DNA of 64,000 nucleotides from Terriglobales bacterium (lineage in GTDB: Bacteria; Acidobacteriota; Terriglobia; Terriglobales; Acidobacteriaceae): the NCBI GenBank assembly GCA_035691825.1, contig DASSIO010000060.1:52325-116324 (forward strand). Direction: 5' to 3'. The position numbers and the translations under genes were made by a program. Below, in pieces: positions 45,628 to 53,627 of the stretch. Under the pieces are notes generated by a model. The model saw only the letters and a list, made by a program, of their open reading frames with translations. It made no database searches and was not told the origin of the DNA. The stretch's first letter is position 1. Each line of letters opens with the position of its first letter.

Positions 45628-46515
45628 ATGAGAGTGTTGGTAATCGGTGGCACACGATTTATTGGGCCGCACGTCGTACGCGGGCTGGTGGAACTTGGAC
45701 ACGAGGTTACAGTCTTCCATCGGGGAGACAATGAGTTAGCGCTCGACCCCGCAGTTCGGCACGTTCACAGCCCGTCGGCAGCCATGCCGGTAACGACGTT
45801 TCCGCGCGAGCTCACCCATCCTTCCCCGGATATGGTCATTCACATGATCCCGATGGGAGAGAACGATACGCGCGCGGCTGTCGAATTATTTCGTGGCATC
45901 AGCCAGCGGCTGGTTTGCGTCAGCAGCGGAGATGTCTATCGTGCTTACGGCGTCTTTGTTGGAATCGAGCCCGGCGCGCCAGAGCCTGGGTTGCTGACCG
46001 AAGACTCACCATTGCGTACGATGCTTTATCCGTACCGCGCCAAGGCAAGCTCCAACACGGCGCGCGAGTACTATTACGAAAAGATTTTGGTTGAGCGGGT
46101 GGCGATGTCGGAACCACAACTGCCTGGTACGATCTTGCGGCTACCCAAGGTCTATGGCTCCGGGGAGAATGCCGACCTGGCCACGGTTTATGGCTTCTCT
46201 GGGCATCGGCAGTGGCGTTGGACTCACGGCTATGTCGAAAATGTTGCTGACGCGATCGTTCTCGCTGCTGTCGATGCCAGGGCCGCGGGTCGAATTTACA
46301 ACGTCGGAGAAGAGTACACGCCGACAGTTGCCGAACGCTTAAGCCAATTGCCTCCCAGGCCCCCTGAGTCGCTCCCCGATTTTCCTGGAAACTTTGCTCA
46401 GGACATCGCTTACGACACTACCCGGATTCGCCGTGAACTGGGTTACCGGGAGCGCGTGTCGTATCTGGACGGTTTGCGTCGGACGCTTGGACCGGCAGCA
46501 TCAATTCCTGCGTAA
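45628..46515 (+). CDS. NAD-dependent epimerase/dehydratase family (extended SDR)
   Basis: N-terminal VLVIGGTRFIGPHVV Rossmann motif. Confidence 0.75.
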   Translation: MRVLVIGGTRFIGPHVVRGLVELGHEVTVFHRGDNELALDPAVRHVHSPSAAMPVTTFPRELTHPSPDMVIHMIPMGENDTRAAVELFRGISQRLVCVSSGDVYRAYGVFVGIEPGAPEPGLLTEDSPLRTMLYPYRAKASSNTAREYYYEKILVERVAMSEPQLPGTILRLPKVYGSGENADLATVYGFSGHRQWRWTHGYVENVADAIVLAAVDARAAGRIYNVGEEYTPTVAERLSQLPPRPPESLPDFPGNFAQDIAYDTTRIRRELGYRERVSYLDGLRRTLGPAASIPA

Positions 46516-46546
46516 GCTGGCCGGGTGAACGACAGACTGTTAAGCC

Positions 46547-47188
46547 TCATTTGCCTGCATCGGAAGTTTCCTTATGGGAAGCCGCCAAGTCCATAGCCAG
46601 CTCACGGCGAATCGCCTCACCTTTCCGCGACTCTAGCACCCGCACCCGCCGCGCTGCGATGTTGATAGCATCCAGGCGAATCAGCTTTCCATTGCGCACC
46701 TCCGTCTGAAAACGGAACCAGTCGGTGCGGAAAAGTCGGCCGGAGGCGTAGAAGGTTATCGAAGCCGCGATCTGGCCGGCAAAATCGTCAACCGTGCCCG
46801 CCAGCAGGCGTTCGCCGATATTCTGCGTCCAGGTCATGCCGCCGACTAGCGGCTCGTTGAGAAACTGCCGGGTAAACGGTGAACCCAGCGTCGTGCGCCG
46901 CAATTGCATCATCTGCAGCAGCACGGAAATCTTGGCAAGATTCGTGACTACGATGCGGGCTTCGCTGTCCGAAATTCGTTCCAGCTTGATGTGCAGCTCG
47001 GGCGACCACTCCCGTTCAAATTCCTCGCGCGCCAGCGCCAGGCTGCGCTCGGTGGTTTCCGCGTAACGCAGGGTAGCGCGCGCCAGCACCAGGCTGAGAA
47101 GGCAGGTTACGATCGTCGCTGCCAGCGGCACGTACGCGGCGAGCAGGGATATGGGCTCGTTCCATCGGCCAATCCATTGCAAATGCAT
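46547..47188 (-). CDS. Hypothetical membrane-anchored protein
   Basis: One N-terminal TM helix (LLAAYVPLAATIVTCLLSLVLA). I recognise no motif. Confidence 0.5.
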   Translation of the reverse strand: MHLQWIGRWNEPISLLAAYVPLAATIVTCLLSLVLARATLRYAETTERSLALAREEFEREWSPELHIKLERISDSEARIVVTNLAKISVLLQMMQLRRTTLGSPFTRQFLNEPLVGGMTWTQNIGERLLAGTVDDFAGQIAASITFYASGRLFRTDWFRFQTEVRNGKLIRLDAINIAARRVRVLESRKGEAIRRELAMDLAASHKETSDAGK

Positions 47189-47374
47189 CCCGTCTTCCCC
47201 TGCGGCCTGCGCCAGAAATTGACTTTGCAGCCGCTAGTGTAGCGGGGAAGCAGCAGCTCTTAAACACACAGCGGGGAGTTGGCCCAACGAGCTAGAACTT
47301 TAGTCACCACAGCTGTCTGGGTTGGCGCTTGAAGTGTACGCCTTCGAGCCGCGCGAAAGCGCCGGAGTGATGCT

Positions 47375-48493
47375 CTACCCTACCTTGGCTAGCTGCGATA
47401 ACGTACGGACATTTGCGGCCACGGCGCCAAGAGATGTCAGGTTCCTTCTATCCGCCAGCGCTTTCAAGGCGGTCAGCACACGCCCTTGGCCGATCAAATC
47501 GAGAGCATCTCCCAGCGACACTGCAAAATGCAGCATCACGCTGGAGTCGCGGTAGCAGTCGGCAATACATCCGGTACAGCCGTCGCGCACCAGCGGTGTG
47601 TGTGGAAAATCCCACACTGAACAGAGGCGCTCGGACCATGCATCGCACCGCCAGATGTCGTAATTCCAATCCATATAGAAGCTCTTGTACCCGCCATAGC
47701 ACACAAAGCGCTCGGGCTCCCCTCGCAAATGACGTTTCATGTCGGCAATGGACGCCCGCGGGTTGTTTACCGGAAAAAGAGTGCGTAGTTCGTCCGCGCG
47801 ATCGAAAGCATCCGTGAGTTCGGTTCCCGTGAATTTGACCAGTTGGGAGTTGTCTGACCACGCCAGCGACGAGGAGCCGAGGCGCGCTTGTTGCGGATAC
47901 GAGAACGTGACCGCCTGAAAGCCCAGATCTCTCAACAGCGGCACCAGGGCCGTAAAATCGCTGATCAATTTGCTGATTGCCACCTGCGCGATCGGCGTCA
48001 TGCCAAGATTCGGCATACGAGTGGTGGCCGCGCGAATGCGTTCTCCGACGCCTTTCAGCCCGCGATTGTTCTCATGCTCGCTGATCACCGGAGAATCGAT
48101 AGACACGTAAACTGTCTTAAGCCCGGCGTCAGCCAGTTCCTCCAGTTTTGCCGGCAATAACCAGCCGTTGGTAATAATGGCCGGTCCCATGCCCTTCGCG
48201 ACTGCCAGTGCAATCATTTCCGGCAGACGCGGATGCAGCAGCGGTTCGCCGCCAAAAATGTTTAGATAGCGAATGTCACGCCGGTAAAGGATATCGAGTG
48301 CCGACTCGAAAAGATCCGCATCAATCCATCGCAGATCGCTGCGTGCGACTTTTCCATTGGCAAAATTGCAGAAATCGCAGGTCGCGTTGCACGAGTTGGT
48401 GATCGCAATATTACAGATTGCAGGACCGCCGCGCCCGATCAACCGCAGCATGTCCCAGGTTTTCCTCGCCGCTGTTCCCATCACATGCCCCAA
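47375..48493 (-). CDS. Radical SAM protein with Cys-rich C-terminal (SPASM/twitch-like) extension
   Basis: CNATCDFC (CxxxCxxC), then a C-terminal cluster of Cys: CYGG...RCDAW...LCSVW...GCTGCIADC. Confidence 0.8.
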   Translation of the reverse strand: MGHVMGTAARKTWDMLRLIGRGGPAICNIAITNSCNATCDFCNFANGKVARSDLRWIDADLFESALDILYRRDIRYLNIFGGEPLLHPRLPEMIALAVAKGMGPAIITNGWLLPAKLEELADAGLKTVYVSIDSPVISEHENNRGLKGVGERIRAATTRMPNLGMTPIAQVAISKLISDFTALVPLLRDLGFQAVTFSYPQQARLGSSSLAWSDNSQLVKFTGTELTDAFDRADELRTLFPVNNPRASIADMKRHLRGEPERFVCYGGYKSFYMDWNYDIWRCDAWSERLCSVWDFPHTPLVRDGCTGCIADCYRDSSVMLHFAVSLGDALDLIGQGRVLTALKALADRRNLTSLGAVAANVRTLSQLAKVG

Positions 48494-48701
48494 GATGAGA
48501 TTCGATGATTTCTGGGCAGCACAGGACAGTACACGTATGTCCCGATTATGACGGGGAAGATACAGCAGTACTCAGCAGGCTATTTCACAAATGGTTGTGG
48601 AAGGGCGCGGCTTAAGCCGCACCGTTCAGAGCCATGTGATGACTGGGCTTTAGCCCCTGCGAGAAGCCGCACTTATGCCTTTGGTTGGGCTGAGATAGCT
48701 T

Positions 48702-49979
48702 TCAGCAGGCTAGCTGTTCGCGCGAGAGCTTTAAGCCGTTCAGGTTGCCGAGTACAGTGACGGCGATGTTTTCGGTGCGGAAAAAGTCGTTGGCCAGCGC
48801 CTGCAGGTCATCGGCGCTTACTTCTTCGATCCGATCGATGAGTTCATCGAGGCTGTAGAAGCGGTCAAAGTACATTTCCTGTCGCGCCAGATTCGACATG
48901 CGCGCGGTGCTCGATTCCAGCGACAACATCAGGCTGCCTTTGAGCTGGTCTTTGCAACGCCGGAGTTCTTCCTCCGGAACCGGCGCAGCTTTCAGATTTC
49001 GAAATTCGGCGATTACGCACTCCACTACTCGGGAGGCCGATTCCCGCGAAGTGCCCGCATATACCCCGAGGCAGCCCGTATCGCGGTATGGATTCAAGTC
49101 GCTGTAAATCGCGTAAACCAATCCCTGCCGCTCGCGGATGTTTTGAAACAACCGCGAACTCATCCCCCCGCCCAGGACGGTGTTGAGAATGTAGGACGCA
49201 TATCGCTTTTCGTGAGCGATGGGATGGCAGGGCACGCCTATGCAGATCTGAACCTGCTCCAGCGATTTTTTGTTACGCATGATGATGCGCGGCACAACCT
49301 TGGGCGCCTGGCCGTGATATCCGTTGGCCGACGGCCGCATATGGTGAAAATGCTTTTCCACCAGATCGACAAAGCGCTGGTGATTGATATTCCCGGCTGC
49401 CGCGATAATCAGGTTCCCAGGGTTAAAACGTTTGTTATAGGAATCGAACACAACCGGCTGTTCGAACTTGCGTACTGTCTCTTTTGTGCCCAGGATAGGT
49501 TTCCCGAGAGGATGATCCTTCCAGAAATTTTGGGTAAAGATTTCGTGAACAAGATAATCGGGGTTATCTTCGTCCATCTTGATTTCTTCCAGGATCACGC
49601 CGCGTTCCCGTCCGATATCGTTAACGTTGAACACCGGATTCAGCACCAGGTCGCTGAGCACATCCATGGCGATCGGCAGATGCTCATCGAGGACCTTGAC
49701 GTTGAAGCAAATGCACTCCTTCGCTGTAAAGGCGTCCATGTTCCCGCCGATCGAGTCCACCTGCCGGGCGATGTCCTCCGCTGAACGGTGCTTTGTTCCC
49801 TTGAACACCATGTGCTCAATGAAATGGGAGATGCCGTTCCACTGCGGATCCTCATCGCGCGAGCCCGTCTTTACCCAGATTCCCACGGAAATCGAGCGAA
49901 TGTGCTGCATCTCTTCCGTAATGACCGTGAGGCCGTTGGGCAGGATTTGGCGTCGAATGTGTCTGACGTCTTCAACCAT
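48702..49979 (-). CDS. M16 (pitrilysin/insulinase) family zinc peptidase
   Basis: Inverted zincin HFIEH with downstream Glu. Two-lobe length of about 425 aa. Confidence 0.9.
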   Translation of the reverse strand: MVEDVRHIRRQILPNGLTVITEEMQHIRSISVGIWVKTGSRDEDPQWNGISHFIEHMVFKGTKHRSAEDIARQVDSIGGNMDAFTAKECICFNVKVLDEHLPIAMDVLSDLVLNPVFNVNDIGRERGVILEEIKMDEDNPDYLVHEIFTQNFWKDHPLGKPILGTKETVRKFEQPVVFDSYNKRFNPGNLIIAAAGNINHQRFVDLVEKHFHHMRPSANGYHGQAPKVVPRIIMRNKKSLEQVQICIGVPCHPIAHEKRYASYILNTVLGGGMSSRLFQNIRERQGLVYAIYSDLNPYRDTGCLGVYAGTSRESASRVVECVIAEFRNLKAAPVPEEELRRCKDQLKGSLMLSLESSTARMSNLARQEMYFDRFYSLDELIDRIEEVSADDLQALANDFFRTENIAVTVLGNLNGLKLSREQLAC

Positions 49980-50204
49980 GGTGGAATTCGCAAACTGCCG
50001 GGCCGGGTAAGAGCGACCTCGTATCCAATCTATTCTGACACAGCTAATAGAAGTGTGCCTGAATAGATTACTCGTTTATACTCAGTAGCTTAGATCAACT
50101 GTGCGCTGGCCGACCAAAGCTGCGCCTCCCCGGCACTCAGAATATCGGTCGGGGTGCAAAAGCCTGGATTCGCCTGACGCGCGCCGGAACATCCAACTAG
50201 AAGC

Positions 50205-51329
50205 ATGGATCAACGTACGGAACTGGCCCTCCTTGGCCTCGACCGGGCAGAACTCGAAGGCTTAGTCGAGCAGCACGGGCAGCCTGCTTACCGCGCTCGG
50301 CAGCTCTATGACGCAGTCTATCGGCAGCGTGTGGCGTCGGCCGATCGCATCTCTACCCTGCCTCAGGAATTTCGCCAGCAGCTCACCGAAAGCGGCGTCG
50401 TCGTCGGCCTCCCCGTGATCGAACAGAAATTCGTGTCGCAGGATGGCACGGTTCGCTTCCTGATGCGCTTTCGAGATGGCCAGTCCGTCGAAACTGTCTG
50501 GATGCCAGAAGGCGACGAGGGCGAGGCTGGCGACGGAACGGAAGCGGGTGACGAAGTGGAGAGCGGTCCCGCCCGCTCCTTCCACCGCGCGACAATATGC
50601 GTTTCCAGTCAGGTGGGATGCGCTGTGGACTGCCAGTTCTGTTTAACCGCGCTGCTTGGGGTAAAACGCAACTTAACCGCGGGTGAAATTGTGGGACAAG
50701 TGTCCGCTGTGCTGAATGACTACGGAGTCTCGCCCCCGCAGGATCGCGTAAACCTGGTCTTTATGGGCATGGGCGAGCCGTTTCTCAACTACGACAATTT
50801 TATGAAAGCCGTGCGCTTGCTTGCCGACGGAGTGGGTATTCCGCCTTTGCGCATGACTGTTTCCACCGCCGGTATTGTGCCCCGGATAACCGACTTTGGT
50901 CAGGAGCAACTCCGGCCGAAGCTAGCTATCTCGCTAAATGCGTCGAACGATGAGTTGCGTACTCGCCTGATGCCCATCAATCGCAAGTGGAATCTTGAGA
51001 AGCTGATCGCAGCGGCCCGTGATTTTCCTTTGCAGCCGCGGGAGAAGTTAACGTTCGAATATGTTCTGCTCGACGATGTGAATGACTCCGCTCAGAACGC
51101 GCGGGAGCTTGTCGATTTGATTCGCGGCTTGCGCGCCAAGGTGAACCTGATCGCGCTGAACCCCGGACCTGGCATTGATTTTTGTACCCCCGCCGAAGAA
51201 CGGGTTCTCGCCTTTCAGAAAACCCTGACAGCGGCTGGAATTCCGGCCTTCATTCGCCGTCCCCGCGGCCGCGACATCTACGCCGCCTGTGGACAACTGA
51301 AGCGCACCACCGAGCTCCAGCCCGCGTGA
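50205..51329 (+). CDS. rlmN: 23S rRNA/tRNA adenine-C2 methyltransferase
   Basis: ICVSSQVGCAVDCQFC radical-SAM motif, GMGEPFLNYD, and a C-terminal catalytic Cys (AACGQL). Confidence 0.9.
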   Translation: MDQRTELALLGLDRAELEGLVEQHGQPAYRARQLYDAVYRQRVASADRISTLPQEFRQQLTESGVVVGLPVIEQKFVSQDGTVRFLMRFRDGQSVETVWMPEGDEGEAGDGTEAGDEVESGPARSFHRATICVSSQVGCAVDCQFCLTALLGVKRNLTAGEIVGQVSAVLNDYGVSPPQDRVNLVFMGMGEPFLNYDNFMKAVRLLADGVGIPPLRMTVSTAGIVPRITDFGQEQLRPKLAISLNASNDELRTRLMPINRKWNLEKLIAAARDFPLQPREKLTFEYVLLDDVNDSAQNARELVDLIRGLRAKVNLIALNPGPGIDFCTPAEERVLAFQKTLTAAGIPAFIRRPRGRDIYAACGQLKRTTELQPA

Positions 51330-51346
51330 CGAAGTCGGATCAGCTC

Positions 51347-52171
51347 TCAGATTGATTTCACGGGGATAGTGGTCAGGTCTTCCACTAAGCCGACTTCCTT
51401 CTGCACAAACGGCTCGGCATAGGTTACTCCGCCCAGCATTCCGTAAAAACGTGCCATCGACTCGATGCGGGCACGAATTTCCGCACGGGCAGGAAAGATT
51501 CCGGCGCCCGCGTCCTGGTCACTGTATTGTGATTGATAAGCCATCAGCGCAGAGAAACGTTCCTCAAGTTGATTGGTGATGTCCACGACGAAGCTGGGCC
51601 TCACATCGTAGTAGAGCGACGCATAGACGATTTTGAACGGACGATGTGACGGCAACTTCTCGCTGTCAGCCCTCGGTTCTGACCTTGATTGGCTGAATGC
51701 CGATTGCTGAGTGCTGATGGCCGGGAACTGATCGCTATTCACGTCCAACTTGCTCAATCCCGCAAGAAAGCACGCCTCGTAGCCCAGCACCGACGCGGTG
51801 TAGTGATCGGGATGACGGCCTTTCCAGTAGGGAAGGATCAGAACACGCGGACGGACTTGCCGGATCACACATGCCACCTTCAGGCGATTCTCCCAGGTGT
51901 TTTCCACACGTCCGTCAGGAATGTCCAAGCCCTGACGCCAGGAGACGCGCAGAATCCGGGCAGCCTCAGTCGCTTCACGGGAGCGATCTTCCGCGCTGCC
52001 GCGTGTGCCCATTTCACCCTGGGTAAGATCGAGAATGCCGGTGCGATGGCCGAGTTGCGCCATCTTGAGCAGCGTACCGCCACAGGTCTGCTCAACATCG
52101 TCGCGATGCGCGGCGATGGCAAGGATATCGAGCGCTGGTTCCTGGTGCATAAAGTTCAAACCAAAAATCAC
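51347..52171 (-). CDS. PIG-L/LmbE-family N-acetylglucosaminide deacetylase (BshB1-like)
   Basis: LDILAIAAHRDDVEQTCGGTL...DLTQGEMGTRGS. GTG start in a GTGA overlap with the upstream stop. Confidence 0.7.
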   Translation of the reverse strand: MIFGLNFMHQEPALDILAIAAHRDDVEQTCGGTLLKMAQLGHRTGILDLTQGEMGTRGSAEDRSREATEAARILRVSWRQGLDIPDGRVENTWENRLKVACVIRQVRPRVLILPYWKGRHPDHYTASVLGYEACFLAGLSKLDVNSDQFPAISTQQSAFSQSRSEPRADSEKLPSHRPFKIVYASLYYDVRPSFVVDITNQLEERFSALMAYQSQYSDQDAGAGIFPARAEIRARIESMARFYGMLGGVTYAEPFVQKEVGLVEDLTTIPVKSI

Positions 52172-52953
52172 GAAGCTTTGAATTCAGCCACCATCCAAGC
52201 AGCCCCTGCGACAAGGAAGGTCAGAGCACATTCAGACCAGGCGAAGTGCGCCTTCGGCTGAGCAATCACATGTGGAACCCACACCACCACGCCAAAGATG
52301 GCCAGCATGAGTGTCATTAAACGTATTGCAAGCGTTGCCTGCCAGTTGATGAGAATGGCAAGCGCCGCAACACCAAAGGCGAGCGTCGTGAAAACCGCCC
52401 AAAACATCTGGTTGGGCGGAATCCACTTTGGAACCAGGCCGGCTGTATCCCGAAGTAGCAGTGCCTGACCCAAGGTGAAAGAAATCGCACAGACTCCGAC
52501 GCCAAGCCGGGCGACGTGGCCGAGAAGTACCTTTCGCGCTGCCTTTGCCTCGGTCGCTGCGCACAACGCAATCGCCCCGCACAGCAGCGAAAAGAACAGG
52601 AAAAAGCTCCCGCCGTAGCGCTCATAGATGTTCGGTGGGGCAATCATGTCCGGGATGCAAGCCAGAGCGAAACACAAATAAACAACACAGAGTACGAACG
52701 ACGCCGGGCGGCGAGTGCGGGCGAATTGCATCCCTATGCCACCCGCGATTAGAGCGGTCATCAGACACGCGCCAATCACGCTGGCGTACGGCAAGCTCCA
52801 GATATGTTGCAAGTTTTGCCAAGTATCAGGGTCGTGCCACATCACTGCGATGACGCCAAACAGCACTGCCGCCGCGCCAAAGAACATGCGTGCGTACCAC
52901 GCCGGCTTCATACCAAGAAGGTAACAGACTCGGGATGTTCGGGCGGCAGGCAC
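52168..52953 (-). CDS. Hypothetical integral membrane protein (~8 TM)
   Basis: Uniformly hydrophobic with no recognised motif. The start is ambiguous (GTG 52953 or ATG 52911). Confidence 0.5.
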   Translation of the reverse strand: MPAARTSRVCYLLGMKPAWYARMFFGAAAVLFGVIAVMWHDPDTWQNLQHIWSLPYASVIGACLMTALIAGGIGMQFARTRRPASFVLCVVYLCFALACIPDMIAPPNIYERYGGSFFLFFSLLCGAIALCAATEAKAARKVLLGHVARLGVGVCAISFTLGQALLLRDTAGLVPKWIPPNQMFWAVFTTLAFGVAALAILINWQATLAIRLMTLMLAIFGVVVWVPHVIAQPKAHFAWSECALTFLVAGAAWMVAEFKAS

Positions 52954-53111
52954 AACCCAGGTTAATTGGCAGTTCCCTCAGCCGTAGTGTCTCAGCGCGA
53001 AACGCTGCAGCTTTCCCGGCTACCGTGATGCAACTGCAGCACATAGACGTGAGATCGTCCGGCCACCGGCGTCCCGGTTACCGCATCCCAATCACTTCCT
53101 AAGGAGGCTAT

Positions 53112-53498
53112 ATGAAGTACCTGCTTACAGCCTTTGTGTTGCTGGCCAGCGCGGGTTGGGCGCAACAGTCGGGGCAGTCGACGCCCGGATCGCCGCCTTA
53201 CACAACCCCTCCCACTTTCCCACAGGACCGCCGCGCGCCATCGCAGCAACAGATCCCGCCGGATCAGCAGGCGCCGCCACGTGCGATGTCCACGGCTGAA
53301 GTGCAGCAACAGATTCAACAGCATCTCGACTCCGAGCCGCTGCTTCACAGTGCAGGCATCCGAGCGCGCGCGGAGGAGGATTCCGTGTCGCTGACCGGCA
53401 CCGTCGATAACGAGAGTCAGCACGAGCTGGCGCTGCGCATTGCGCAGTCGTATGCCGGCGAGCGCAAGATTATCGACAAAATCAAAGTACGTGGCTAG
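53112..53498 (+). CDS. Secreted BON-domain protein
   Basis: Signal peptide MKYLLTAFVLLASAGWAQQ, a Pro/Gln-rich linker, and a C-terminal BON-like segment (VSLTGTVDNESQHELALRIAQSYAGERKIIDKIKV). Confidence 0.65.
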   Translation: MKYLLTAFVLLASAGWAQQSGQSTPGSPPYTTPPTFPQDRRAPSQQQIPPDQQAPPRAMSTAEVQQQIQQHLDSEPLLHSAGIRARAEEDSVSLTGTVDNESQHELALRIAQSYAGERKIIDKIKVRG

Positions 53499-53627
53499 CG
53501 GCCGTTCGGTGGTAACGTTCGATCAACGGCCACGCAACCTGGTGAGAATGTTTACGGATTGCGACCTGTGCTGCGGGCTCCAACCCGGCTTGCAACGTGT
53601 TCCGCTAGCACAGCTCGTAGTCATCTC

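Noticed and set aside
47375-49979. M16 peptidase plus radical SAM as a PQQ (pqqF/pqqE) locus.
   Set aside because: There is no pqqA-like peptide and no pqqB, pqqC or pqqD. The gaps of about 200 bp between the genes argue against a compact operon.
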